A stretch of DNA of 64,000 nt, taken from assembly GCA_038231055.1 (NCBI GenBank), contig JBBRMC010000001.1, positions 1,983 through 65,982 on the forward strand, in the 5' to 3' direction. The stretch is from Leptolyngbyales cyanobacterium. Lineage in GTDB: Bacteria > Cyanobacteriota > Cyanobacteriia > Leptolyngbyales > Leptolyngbyaceae. Both the position numbers and the translations under genes were made by a program. The notes under the pieces were generated by a model. The model was given only the letters and a program-made list of their open reading frames with translations. It was not told the DNA's origin and ran no database searches. Of the stretch, positions 40,401 to 48,627 are shown in pieces (position 1 is the stretch's first letter; the number at the start of each line of letters is the position of its first letter).

Positions 40401-41438
40401 TGATGGGTCGGGACTTGAATCGCCGCTAAGACCGCTGATAGGGATTGGTCGGGCGATGGACTCCACGCGTTCGGACTGTTGAAGTACAGTGGCATAGAGA
40501 AGCTCCTTTAACTCGGTGAACGATTTGTAGATGCGAGGGACATCAGCGGCAGGGAGCAAGCGTTCTGCCTTTCCCCGTCCTGCAATGAGGATCAAATCAA
40601 TCGGAAACCCTGCCCCTTGTTTGCGGTAGAGATCGCCCCAAATTGAAATATGTTCAGTCACGTTGTAAGCGTTGTACAGAGTGTAGTAAAACGCGCGACT
40701 TTCTCTACTGTTGTAGCGATCGGATCGCCGATCTTCATCTACTCCTAATTTTCCACCCAGAATCAATACGGCTTTGCCATCGGGTTTCATTGCTTTAAGC
40801 GCATGAAGTGCGATCGCATGATCAATCTGAGTTGTGAAGTACTGCCCCGTGTAAAATCGTTGCACCCCACGTTCATCAGATAGTGATCCAAATGGTGGAT
40901 TCATGATCACAACGTCATGAGATTTCGATGGAAAATAGTTCACCGCATTCTCTTGCGTCACCGTGTAGCCTTGTTGCCGCAAATCATTCGCTCGTGCTGG
41001 ATTGAGTTCGTTAGCGGTGACATTTGTGGGATTGGTGTGCAACAGTAGCGCACCATTTCCCGCAGACGGTTCATACACAGTTGTTTGAGAATTGATGCCT
41101 ACCAAAGTCGCTGCCAGCGATGCGATCGGGAGTGGCGTACTGTATGCCTGTTGTAAAACGCTGGTCGATGAACGAGTGCCCAGCATCGGCTGACGTTGAT
41201 AGAGTTCGACTAAGCGATCGTAGGTTTGTTCCGAGCCAGGCTGAATCAGCGATCGCGCCACTCGTACCAGTGCCCGTTCAATGCTCTCGTCCACAATCTT
41301 GGCTTGAGCGGTTCCGGGTAAAACAGGCTGCCCCCAAAATGCTGACGCGAACTGTCTCGCTTGCACGATCGTGTTAAACCCCTTTCCCGCCCTGAACCAG
41401 TCTTCAAAGGCTGAAATCAACAGAGATGGATCGGTCAT
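34440..41438 (-). CDS. Giant fusion: adenine MTase-like + strawberry-notch SF2 helicase + Prim-Pol + PriCT-2
   Basis: EPSAGNG and NPPF; GDQTGVGKG, DESH, GISLHAS and QMLGRIHR; GLRTG..AIDLDG..HLF; WLKVGMALH..WDRWS. Confidence 0.85.
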   Translation of the reverse strand: MTDPSLLISAFEDWFRAGKGFNTIVQARQFASAFWGQPVLPGTAQAKIVDESIERALVRVARSLIQPGSEQTYDRLVELYQRQPMLGTRSSTSVLQQAYSTPLPIASLAATLVGINSQTTVYEPSAGNGALLLHTNPTNVTANELNPARANDLRQQGYTVTQENAVNYFPSKSHDVVIMNPPFGSLSDERGVQRFYTGQYFTTQIDHAIALHALKAMKPDGKAVLILGGKLGVDEDRRSDRYNSRESRAFYYTLYNAYNVTEHISIWGDLYRKQGAGFPIDLILIAGRGKAERLLPAADVPRIYKSFTELKELLYATVLQQSERVESIARPIPISGLSGDSSPDPSSSNRELGGIPGTTGESSGVDDSAGSGSESGLPNDSSLSERGTPRSSDLESARPGGRLPTVGGGDHDSKSRTSAADVDEGDLGLSPFGDRRLQHHSTHSKHPARSLAATHGVLAILEDISEETVMSDQDQDIQRQVSYTPHSQGTPAGTLVPVNMKTATHNALNSLAKQVGSLDEYVAEKLAYGTPEDLHKYLTAEQIDAVALAISNIEKGSGFIIGDQTGVGKGRVVASLIRYAKLSGQTPIFITKKPDLYADMMRDLADVDLCNFKPFMTNESLRIPLPEGGQLRTGASTHQQEMRSLLQAGNLSSYDGIFTTYYQLQSVGGEEPERRDFLRRFANNAILLLDESHMAGGSISDRGDSKVSNRADFTRELIERSQGVLYSSATYAKNPQVMTLYSKTNMRLAVGRMETLVSLIQKMGVPGQQALATMLTEEGQYIRRERSYEGIRFTAEATGVDREVAENAAAIMSSIMDFDRVKQAAVKAMNKELKREAKAFKRDTAIGEAGAKSIEFASLMHNLIDQMLLSLKAEATVQKSLELLRNGEKPVITVANTMGSFIGNYAAAHGIKPGDALDLDFGAMLSRYLERSREVIIKDAYGVRQYNHTRMDGSSCYRLSDEELGLEGIAAFEDAIGRIQETDFSNLPISPIDYIENRLQQSGYPVSEVTGREHQVEYLPDGGQFYQARSQADRSTRAAIENVKAFNQGRFDVMVLNQAGSTGISLHASEKFLDQRPRHMVVAQAERNIDDFMQMLGRIHRHGQVTLPSYTLLCADIPAEKRPGAVLAKKMALLNANTTAARSSSISLNNVPDFMNEYGDAVVSEIMINNPELHARLGSPLKFLDDGDEPEAAIRKVTGRIPLLPIADQEALYDLIEREYVEYVERQEAMGESILEAQSLDFDARTIARMEVVAADAGITSQFTSPVYLDVVDVKTLRKPLTTQEAVNFVRRYLDQPEVGESFNLYEIRPQITQAATDRATEQVQALRLSTEEYRAKFQIRIPPKQGEAESETQLRTSKAIDKFNTRLDQQLNHVRQTLDSFPSGTPVRIATATESVFYGVTARVWNTDPKGNPTAPGNWKIQFLLADPAKELTIPLSKVNWSASNAISVVPKEYDFFDEPIYEVFDQRQRKNREERQIFTGNTLRAIEKFHGKMINYTNTQGTTCQGVLTPPGFDIEKALEREPVQMTASQDVIRFLFEVTQRTGQLKTPDELLIVRAQRRRDGNGILLQTPKAKEEGGQYFLDEQLMKAAGGGEFFSVGKKMILIVPPERIESVIQFLNARDLSLSAFEQRQKARDMLGIELPSLQLIEQNQFEAKADYVPFVPPVNTQVISSLEQAFQADIPSSSGQEAESNSEVTTDQTSYEVEPTFETISEAQTSEESASIELISPDNFLPTSTTSPAPQTFWASRLENLSDELKRLLQPAQIIEILTQPDPRSTIAQLQESQPIFAAVYQELADLYTTATMNLPQTLLAQSQPPLTELQTQLITELEHIPNAWALTPVDAHKASYRASWQTETPLSRDELTNEIRNGASGYGLRTGRISSGIVAIDLDGVSAHAKMLELSGGIDLPETVSFTSGRVGRAQHLFLVPQELWSLIKSRKIATGMKGEDGKKEHVELRWQGLQSVLPPSAHPTTGQYRWLRSPQETEIATVPNWVIDRMLVETKTVSVEQTPSFTHPPIQVNWTDRDWALSYLTALQLHRADDREGWLKVGMALHSVSPNLFLEWDRWSAQSQKYRPGECEYVWNRFQENGGITIATLGAWAKADGWHFPIESQPQVEPISETTSSVKSRQPVTQPNPKTTEMSAQPNTYHPCLQEFKRWYFEAREIGRSQKYLDRIQALAEDFKAKTPAATTDPTTRNLDVLLSAAALTHLNQDAESYHTKLKQFAKDAKTILKYKGTAVLVDGKTTYQYSARKPDYQLSYHGAQKRITVKKAGQTLLDHQGGKIQPAQKAIGAEDFECFHTEADRLREQAKQPPTSLKLARSNEQER
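40064..40495 (-). CDS. Nested same-strand out-of-frame hypothetical protein
   Basis: AAGGAG 7 nt before ATG; globular-looking 143-aa sequence lying under the low-complexity linker of the giant ORF. Confidence 0.6.
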   Translation of the reverse strand: MPLYFNSPNAWSPSPDQSLSAVLAAIQVPTHQAQIENWEEYLERLANRVEWMIQQEADLNQACRMIHRYLNEAHLDHQIWNLPDPEEDSQQWAEAITIQNPELRLRMSMRATWDFPLLAIDDSNIIQLIQNTPLEVWLQHMAY

Positions 41439-41563
41439 GAGTGACCTCTCGATAGTTTAAAGCGTTCGGATGATGGGCACAGACTTCGCGCAGGCTGAAA
41501 CGAGCACTAGATATCTCAGCCGCTTTTAGATTGCGTCATTCATCAAAACTTTTTGGAGCGCAG

Positions 41564-42373
41564 TTACCGCTCTAAATCTTTCGGGCGTTGTCGAGTACGT
41601 TCTGGTGATTGAGATCGCATTCCCTGAATGTCTTGCACCTGAGCAACCGTGCCTTTGCCATACTGTTGGATGGTTGCAAGATTAACTTGCTTCACACCCA
41701 CTTGAAACTGCGAGTAGGGACCCTGATGGAGAAGCTCAGTCACCGATTGAGCAGACTCCCCTGAATTGAGCGCTGCCGCCGCAATTTTCTGATCTAGCTG
41801 AATTGCGGTCAAATCACTGCCGACATATTCACGATAGAGATCCGGGTATGACCATTGCCGTCCTGTGACGGTGTTGGCGTATTCGACATAGCGTTGCCGT
41901 TGGGCTTGATCAACCGTCGATTGAGTGTATTTGAGAATGCCGGGGAGTGCCGCTTTTCTTGCGTCAGGTGTGAGAGTGCGAGTTTGAACTTGCGTGATCG
42001 GTCCTTGGGCAAGGAGTTGGATCGTGGTTTTTGGATCGAGTCCAGATTTGAGGGCGGCGATCGCGACGGATTGATCGAGCGATCGTGCCCCCGCTGCATT
42101 GCCTAAATAGCGCTGATACAGATCCGTGTAGTTCAGCATGGCATTGCCGAGAACAGACTTAGCAAATGAAAGATACTGTTCTCGCATCTGTCGAGCCTTG
42201 TCTGTCTCCGGCTCACGAGGAACCGTTGGATCTCCCGTATTCATTTCCGTTGCATCATCTACACCATCCCCATCGGTATCACTGCTATTAGGATTGGTGC
42301 CCGCCAGACGTTCTTCCTGGTCGGTCAGCCCATCGCCATCGCTGTCCATCTGTTGTTTTTTAGGTCTTGCCAT
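41564..42373 (-). CDS. Plasmid protein with DxDGDG Ca-binding repeats and two internal helical repeats
   Basis: DSDGDGLTD and DTDGDGVDD; repeated Y.DLY..Y...LDQ..A.AAL.SG....LL.QGP. Confidence 0.7.
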   Translation of the reverse strand: MARPKKQQMDSDGDGLTDQEERLAGTNPNSSDTDGDGVDDATEMNTGDPTVPREPETDKARQMREQYLSFAKSVLGNAMLNYTDLYQRYLGNAAGARSLDQSVAIAALKSGLDPKTTIQLLAQGPITQVQTRTLTPDARKAALPGILKYTQSTVDQAQRQRYVEYANTVTGRQWSYPDLYREYVGSDLTAIQLDQKIAAAALNSGESAQSVTELLHQGPYSQFQVGVKQVNLATIQQYGKGTVAQVQDIQGMRSQSPERTRQRPKDLER

Positions 42374-42382
42374 GACTCACTC

Positions 42383-42823
42383 CTACCCCATTGCATCATC
42401 CAGGCTACCCAACATATCGTCCTCGATCGTGAGATCCAAATCCCCAAAGAACTGATTCGGGTCATTCTCTGGTTCAGAATCAGCAGACTGAGATTGAGAA
42501 GCGGGTACTGTGGTAGTTCGATTGGGTGCTTCGATTTCAAAGTTCTCGCGCAAAAATCGAATCTGTTCTTCTAGCCGCCAGATGGATTCGTTTGCCACGG
42601 CTCGAAGTTCAGCTTTAGAGTATTTGCCGCTCGCTTGATACGCGAAGGGCAACCAAAATGAGCGACCTGCTGCCATCATTTTCTCTTTGCCGTCATAGGC
42701 TTTGTGCAAGATCCAAGACAGCAAAATGCCATTGGGAGAGTTGCGATCGGGTTCAAAGGTAAACCTGACGCGCTCTTTAGAATTGGGGCTGAGTTGGCTT
42801 TTGTCCGCAGGTCGTCTTGGCAT
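42383..42823 (-). CDS. Putative ParR-like partition adaptor
   Basis: Directly downstream of parM; basic N-terminus and acidic tail. Confidence 0.55.
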   Translation of the reverse strand: MPRRPADKSQLSPNSKERVRFTFEPDRNSPNGILLSWILHKAYDGKEKMMAAGRSFWLPFAYQASGKYSKAELRAVANESIWRLEEQIRFLRENFEIEAPNRTTTVPASQSQSADSEPENDPNQFFGDLDLTIEDDMLGSLDDAMG

Positions 42824-42839
42824 GGTTCATCTCCTCAAA

Positions 42840-43961
42840 TCAAGCCGCATTTGTGGTTTGGTAAGCTGCCCAAGTTGCTCCAAACACCGCATAAGAATCC
42901 GCCATACGAGCGATCAAAGAGGGTTGGGAACGGAGGTCAGGATTGTCTTGCAGGAGTGCTTGAAGCTGATACTTCAATCCTTCTCCAAAACTCAGCCGTC
43001 CTGGTAAATCCATCTGCTGAAACAGCGTATTGAGTTCAGTCTCAATCACCGTCCCGGCTCCGCCTGCCACAATCACATCATACTCACCACCGGGAAGATG
43101 GTTTTCTAAATAGGTTTTGACCTGTTTCCAGTATCCTTCTCGTGCGGCAAGATTGGTCGCTTTGAGGTTGATTGGCATCAACTGTCCTGCGACTCGCAGG
43201 CTGGCATGATTCATCGCGATCGCTTCGGTTAGATGTGGCGTTCCCTCTGGCAATCCCTGAAGCGATGCCGCAATTTTCACGGCGTTGAAGAATCCAGGAC
43301 CGTCACTGCGAGAGGTGTCCTGCAAAACGCCATTCTGAAAGATTAGAAGACTCAGATTTCGATGTCCCAACATCAGCACCAAGATGTTTCGGTTTCTGGG
43401 ATTAATTTGTTGCTTGATCAGTTCCGCCCGCAAGGTTAGGAACAAGCCAAACCCTTCAGGCAGGATTTGCAGCTTTTGGAACTCGATCGACAAAGCTTTC
43501 CCTCGGAAGGTGAAATTCGCGGCGGCTTCCTGGATCGAGGATTGAAGCTTCTTCCGATCGCTAAACTCAGTCACAGGCAACATCACCGACAAGATGGCAG
43601 CAGTACGCTCACTCAACTGAAGCCGCTCCTGAACGGAGCCTAAAACCGCGAGAATCTTGTGAATCGCTCGTCGCTCTTTGCGCTCGACCAATCCCATATC
43701 GCCTGCAAAATTCTGAGCAAATTGCCCCACGGCTGCAATTTCATTGTCTAGCCGCACCCAAGCAACTTTTTCAGGATACGCATCTTGGTTCACAGACTGG
43801 TAGCGATCGAGCAATTCAGGTTGAACTGAAGCAATTTCGGGTTCCATCACTAATGGACAAGGCATTCCGTGGTCTAAGTAAAAGCTCTTCGTCAAAGAGC
43901 TACCCAAGTCAATTGAAGTCACAATCATTAGTTTTGCCTCTTCTTGTAGAGCCGTAGCCAT
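42840..43961 (-). CDS. parM: ParM/StbA actin-like partition ATPase
   Basis: SIDLGSSLTK, ILPEGFG, MLGHRN and VAGGAG motifs. Confidence 0.85.
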   Translation of the reverse strand: MATALQEEAKLMIVTSIDLGSSLTKSFYLDHGMPCPLVMEPEIASVQPELLDRYQSVNQDAYPEKVAWVRLDNEIAAVGQFAQNFAGDMGLVERKERRAIHKILAVLGSVQERLQLSERTAAILSVMLPVTEFSDRKKLQSSIQEAAANFTFRGKALSIEFQKLQILPEGFGLFLTLRAELIKQQINPRNRNILVLMLGHRNLSLLIFQNGVLQDTSRSDGPGFFNAVKIAASLQGLPEGTPHLTEAIAMNHASLRVAGQLMPINLKATNLAAREGYWKQVKTYLENHLPGGEYDVIVAGGAGTVIETELNTLFQQMDLPGRLSFGEGLKYQLQALLQDNPDLRSQPSLIARMADSYAVFGATWAAYQTTNAA

Positions 43962-44018
43962 GATGCGGTCAAGCGTTGAAGGGTAGATGCTGATATTAAG
44001 CGGATATTATTTCTAGAT

Positions 44019-44474
44019 TTGGCATCACACAACGTATTGGCGGGTGATATGCTGATATCGTACCTTGCTTTTCACAAACAAGCAAATCCTGTGTCCGGAA
44101 ATTTTGATTCAATTTCGTCTCACTCCGGTACTCCGCCCCGCTGTCGAGTGGAAGTTCGTCTCTCACTCCAAGAACGCTCTCAGCTTGAAGCCCTAGCTCA
44201 CGAAGCCGGAATGACTCTCAGCCGATATGTCCGCTATGCCTGCTTTCACGATCCCTCATTGCCTGTAGTGACGGACGTTGCGATCGAGACGTACCAACAA
44301 CTCGGAAAAATTGGGGACACCTTGATCCAATTGCAAACGGATGCTGAAACCCGCGATTTTCTCAATGACTTGCTGACTCTGCTTCATCAAGTCCGTGCTG
44401 AAATCGCGGGAGTCTGCTCCACAGAATCAGGATTGCATCATCAAAGCGTGCTGAAAACATCCAACTATCCTTGA
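44019..44474 (+). CDS. mobC: MobC relaxosome accessory (RHH) protein; start uncertain
   Basis: VEVRLS..E...L...A..AGMTLSRYVR and QLGKIG motifs; overlaps the relaxase start. Confidence 0.75.
   Translation: MASHNVLAGDMLISYLAFHKQANPVSGNFDSISSHSGTPPRCRVEVRLSLQERSQLEALAHEAGMTLSRYVRYACFHDPSLPVVTDVAIETYQQLGKIGDTLIQLQTDAETRDFLNDLLTLLHQVRAEIAGVCSTESGLHHQSVLKTSNYP
44065..44092 (+). other. Candidate oriT nic region (MOBP-type)
   Basis: TTGCTT-N9-AAGCAA inverted repeat followed by ATCCTG^T, resembling RP4/R64 nic sites, at the parM/mobC junction. Confidence 0.3.
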
Positions 44475-46216
44475 CCATGCTTGCCAAAATCACCAAAGGG
44501 CAGGACTTTTACGGGTGTCTCCGCTATGTCTTGGGCAAAACCGGAGCCGAACGCATCGGCGGCAACATGGAAGGCATCGCCCTGTCAGAATTAGTCGCTG
44601 AATTCAATCTCTCGGTGCAGCGCCAACAGCGTCGATCGCCCCGCAATCTCGCCCAAGTTGTGGTCTGCCACACCAGTCTGAGCGTTGAGGTTGGGCGTAG
44701 TTTAGCGGCGGAAACGTGGAACGCGATCGCCAAAGACTACTTGACCGAAATGGGCTTCGACAACAACCAATTCGTGATGGTCAGACACACGGATACCCGG
44801 CACGATCATGTGCATTTAGTGATTGCCCGATCGCGGCTCGACGGCACGATGGTCAACGGCTGGCTGGACTATCGCCGAGCGCAACTCGTCCTCCGCAAAC
44901 TGGAACAAGACTACCAACTTCAGTCCGTGCCGTCGAGTTGGGAAACTGACGTAACAGCGCCGACCGTGAATGAAATTCGCCAATTTCATCAGACGGGAGA
45001 ACCGAGTGTTCGGGTGCGGCTGCAAGTCGCGATCGACGAGGCACTCTCAACCTCGACAGACATCAACGACTTCCAAAACCGCCTTGCAGAACATGGAGTC
45101 GAGAGCCGATTACGTCAAATCAGCACAGACATTGCAGGCATTTCTTACAAGCTCAACGACATCGCCTTCCCAGGCTACAAACTCGGCAAACGCTACACCT
45201 GGAAATGCATTCAAACTCAACTAGGAGAAAATTATGAGCGACACAATGAGACAAGCTGCCAAATTGAAATTGGAGCAACGCACGCCAACGACCGTGACTC
45301 ACTCGCTCCAGACCTTGATCGACAATCTGGAACTCCTCCAGCAACTCGAACCGAAATTGAAACCCATTCAGATCTTGGTGGAAGCGGTGAGGAATCTGAC
45401 TCCAGAAGGGCAACTACAACCTCAGTTGGAGAACCATCAGTCCCAAATTCAGAGCCAGCTAGAGAATCTGTATCAGCATTTATTCAGCCTTCAGCAACAG
45501 AGCGAGACAACCACACCGCAGATGAATCTGATCTTGGAGGAACTTCAGGAGAGTCTGCCGATATCTCAGCAAATCCTCAAGGATCTCAAAGCAGCGATCG
45601 CGTCTCTCCAAACCACAAACACCAAACTCAACCAAGAACTTGCCGAAATCAAAACTCAAAGTCGGCAAGCCATCAAGCAGTCAGCAATTCAGAGCCAACA
45701 GCAGCAGAAACAAGTCAAGCAGCTAACCGAATCAGTGAATCAACTCTGCCAGCCGATTCCGATCAAACCCGGATGGGTCAAAATTTGCAGCTTCCTAACG
45801 ATATATGCAATCTCGACAGCTTGCACGGTCGTCCTGATGCTGCGATATCTGCCACCCCAAAGCAGTCAGCCTCTCCCGCCAACGCAAAGCAACCCCCACA
45901 AATAATTCTGAAGTGGCAGGATTACTGCAATCGCGTCAATGAACCCAATCCCGTTAAGCAGGATGAGAAAGTGGTGCGACTGGCGATTTCAGACGGAAAA
46001 CAACAGAAGCTACCCTCGCGGGAACTTCGGCAAGCCGTCAATCGACTGCTTCAGCAAAGTCCGTATGTTCAGTGGATGCGAGAGGTTCAAGGAGATGATA
46101 AGACAAATGCCTATATCAAACTGACAGTTCAGGCAGCGTATCAACCGGAGCGCACTTCTCGAAGACATCAAGCTCAACAACGACAGCGCCAGAAAACCCG
46201 GCAGAAACTGCGATAG
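44471..46216 (+). CDS. MOBP-type relaxase
   Basis: KG.DF.GCLRYV (catalytic Tyr), HTSLS and RHTDTRHDHVHLV (HUH) motifs. Confidence 0.9.
   Translation: MTMLAKITKGQDFYGCLRYVLGKTGAERIGGNMEGIALSELVAEFNLSVQRQQRRSPRNLAQVVVCHTSLSVEVGRSLAAETWNAIAKDYLTEMGFDNNQFVMVRHTDTRHDHVHLVIARSRLDGTMVNGWLDYRRAQLVLRKLEQDYQLQSVPSSWETDVTAPTVNEIRQFHQTGEPSVRVRLQVAIDEALSTSTDINDFQNRLAEHGVESRLRQISTDIAGISYKLNDIAFPGYKLGKRYTWKCIQTQLGENYERHNETSCQIEIGATHANDRDSLAPDLDRQSGTPPATRTEIETHSDLGGSGEESDSRRATTTSVGEPSVPNSEPARESVSAFIQPSATERDNHTADESDLGGTSGESADISANPQGSQSSDRVSPNHKHQTQPRTCRNQNSKSASHQAVSNSEPTAAETSQAANRISESTLPADSDQTRMGQNLQLPNDICNLDSLHGRPDAAISATPKQSASPANAKQPPQIILKWQDYCNRVNEPNPVKQDEKVVRLAISDGKQQKLPSRELRQAVNRLLQQSPYVQWMREVQGDDKTNAYIKLTVQAAYQPERTSRRHQAQQRQRQKTRQKLR
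45234..45905 (+). CDS. Overprinted MobB/MbeB-like coiled-coil protein with C-terminal TM segment, inside the relaxase gene
   Basis: AGGAGA RBS, heptad-rich body, TM segment ICSFLTIYAISTACTVVLML; the relaxase frame is low-complexity over the same span. Confidence 0.65.
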   Translation: MSDTMRQAAKLKLEQRTPTTVTHSLQTLIDNLELLQQLEPKLKPIQILVEAVRNLTPEGQLQPQLENHQSQIQSQLENLYQHLFSLQQQSETTTPQMNLILEELQESLPISQQILKDLKAAIASLQTTNTKLNQELAEIKTQSRQAIKQSAIQSQQQQKQVKQLTESVNQLCQPIPIKPGWVKICSFLTIYAISTACTVVLMLRYLPPQSSQPLPPTQSNPHK

Positions 46217-46255
46217 GTTCGATCCGCGTCTCAAAAATTGCTATGACGATCGACG

Positions 46256-46639
46256 TTATAAGTCAGACAGAGGAAGCGAATCAAGAGGCGGATGCTCACT
46301 CGCTGCAAAAAGAACGCGGCGAAGATTCATTAGTAAGGTGCAATCGTTCCAGACAAAATGCTCTCGCCAGATTTGTTGTCGAGGGTGAGAGAGAGGCACA
46401 ACCTACTCACTGAGAGGATCAAGTGCTTCCGTTTTGACATGCTTGAGGTTATTGCAGCCTTGACAAGACAACGCCAGATTCTCCAGGACAGTCGCTCCAC
46501 CTTTGTTACGCGGAAGGATGTGTTCTACGGAAAATGAATCTGTTGCGAATTTTACCTGACTGTAGCAATATTCGCAGCATTGCTTGGCTCTGGCAATGAC
46601 GATCCGACGCTGTTCTGCTGTGACACGATCGTTAGACAC
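46256..46639 (-). pseudogene. HNH endonuclease pseudogene
   Basis: CEYC..EHI.P..GG...NLALSCQGCN; TAG at 46403, then continues in frame as VVPLSHPRQQIWREHFVW...LRRVLF..EHPP, apparently shortened. Confidence 0.75.
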
Positions 46640-47012
46640 AGGCAGGAGGATGAATCTCTAAATCTTGCATTACCTGATCTAGAGTTTGATGTCTTAATTT
46701 TGCTAACTCAGCGATCGCGGCAATTCTTTCAGCATTGAGTTGCTCACTTGCGTCTGTGATCTCGATGAGTTCTGCGAGTTCTGTGTCGGTGATGGTGAGT
46801 TCTTGCCGCTTGGCAATGAGTTGGTCAAATCTGGTTCGCGATGGAGTCGGAAGGCTGTGGTTAATTTTGAGCAATAGCTCGGACTCTGGCTGCGGCAAAT
46901 GGGGAACTTGTCGTTGAGCGCGAAGTTTTAGAACTTGCTCAACGAACGCATCCAACTCCTGCTGAGGCAGTTGCTCAATTGCTTTTAAGAGTTGCTCGGT
47001 GGAGGCTTGCAT
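46632..47012 (-). CDS. Small antitoxin-like partner of the HNH gene
   Basis: Overlaps the HNH start; ESELLLKIN and EL..L....EQLNAER motifs of a common cyanobacterial gene pair. Confidence 0.6.
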   Translation of the reverse strand: MQASTEQLLKAIEQLPQQELDAFVEQVLKLRAQRQVPHLPQPESELLLKINHSLPTPSRTRFDQLIAKRQELTITDTELAELIEITDASEQLNAERIAAIAELAKLRHQTLDQVMQDLEIHPPACV

Positions 47013-47137
47013 TGATCTTCATCCCACAATTGCCATGCTTGAATTATAGCGAAGGGCGCGATCCTTCAGAATTTGGCAGAACTAATTGGAACGGTTAGGG
47101 TGGATTTCTTTCAATCATCCTCAAATTCAAAATCTTC

Positions 47138-47213
47138 TACTTCCATTGTTGGCAGATGTCGCGCATGGCATCGACCATACTTCGGATGGCGGCTTCTCCA
47201 CCGAGATGTACGA
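47138..47213 (-). repeat. Gene-end remnant, copy A (VHLGGEAAIRSMVDAMRDICQQWK*)
   Basis: 61/76 nt identical to 49193-49268 by manual alignment. Confidence 0.75.
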
Positions 47214-47218
47214 TCAAG

Positions 47219-47345
47219 CTAAAGGTTAAACGGATTCACGATCAGGAGTCCCGTTCTGTCGAAGTCTTCTTCGTTGCGAGTGACTAGGCGTAGTCCCTGG
47301 TGAATTGCGGTGGCTGCGATGAGTGAGTCAAAAATAGGCAATGTT
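47219..47345 (-). pseudogene. C-terminal fragment of a PIN/VapC toxin
   Basis: LPIFDSLIAATAIHQGLRLVTRNEEDFDRTGLLIVNPF*; 5' part absent. Confidence 0.8.
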
Positions 47346-47382
47346 GAGGAGTTGAATAAGCCACTGTTTTTATTCAGGTTTG

Positions 47383-48627
47383 GGCTCTTCTGAGATCATG
47401 GTGATGAACTTTTCTTATGAGCGAAGCAGGCGAGCAGCCTAGCGCGAAAATTATCGAAATTAACAAACCCATACCCCTGCCGTTTGATCAACTTGATCCG
47501 GTTGTTGATCCCCTCCATTGCGCCACTAGTGGTGCGACTCAAGAAGTAGTTGCAAATACCATCAAGATGAGCGTGGATGGTATCCAGTCCGTCAGTGTAA
47601 ATTAGGTGGGCGGTCTGAAGCCATTCTAGAAGCTGTTCTTTCCCCGCTTCAACAGTTTGACGAGCTTCAAAGATATCTCTAAAGTCTTCCTTTAATTCAT
47701 AGGCAACTCTGAGCCGAGGCGAGTGACTCAAAATTACTTCTAATTTAGCCTGCTCTTCAGCTACTAAATCAACGTTGTTCTTGAGCAAAATAAACTTGCT
47801 GCCTTTTAGGGTCATGGCAACTTGACGGCGCACTTGATTCAACTCAGCATTGACAGGTTTCATGATGTGGAAACGGTCAAAAACAATCTGGGCATTGGGG
47901 AAAACTTCGCTCACAACTTTAGGAAATCCTCCCCACCTATCGACACTCACTTCTGTTACCTGCTGACGGACTTCAAGAGGTTGCTGCATCAGCACTGCAA
48001 TAATATCTTTTTGCTTGTGACTATCAATCACTTCCACGAGTTTGCCTTGGTCAATATCGCAGACTACCGTGAGAAAATCTCGATGTCCTTTGCGTTGACT
48101 GACTTCATCAATACCCAGTCGTGTCACGGGTTCCCAACTTGTTTTTTTTCCTGCTTAAATCGGTGCATGAATACACCTTGGACTTGATCCCAACTGAGGT
48201 CTTCGGCTCGACTGACGTGTTCGATGCTGCTGGACTGTACCTGTCGGTAAAGATAGTCTTCATAGCGTCGAGTCTATCGGCGCTCCCACCCCATGAACGT
48301 CAGTCGTTCGGTAAAGTAGCGCTGACAGTCCCGACAATAAAATTGGCGGCGGGGGACTTGCAGTTGGGTGGGTTGACCCAAGATGGAGAGGTCTCGAATC
48401 AGAACGGGGCGATTTTGATGGATTTCATCACTCGGATGCTGACAATGAGGACAATCACTTTGCTTATTGAGACAGCGCAATGTTAACAGAACGCTCTGCT
48501 CTTGCCGAAGACAACGTTCGACCGTCATGGAGGGCAGATCCAGGAGAGCGTCCAGGTGAAAGTCCATGTCCAATTCTCCGCTAAATGTATCTCATCATAC
48601 AACTAGCACCATGATCTCAGAAGAGCC
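47383..48627 (-). mobile_element. ISL3-family insertion sequence (1245 bp)
   Basis: Perfect 21-bp TIR GGCTCTTCTGAGATCATGGTG; 8-bp target duplication CAGGTTTG at 47375-82 and 48628-35. Confidence 0.92.
47396..48573 (-). pseudogene. ISL3 transposase with nonsense codon (48274-76) and frame change at an A8 tract (48142-49)
   Basis: CPHC..CRDC zinc finger; LGIDE, DRFHI and EGINNRIKLIKRQGYG motifs. Confidence 0.85.
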
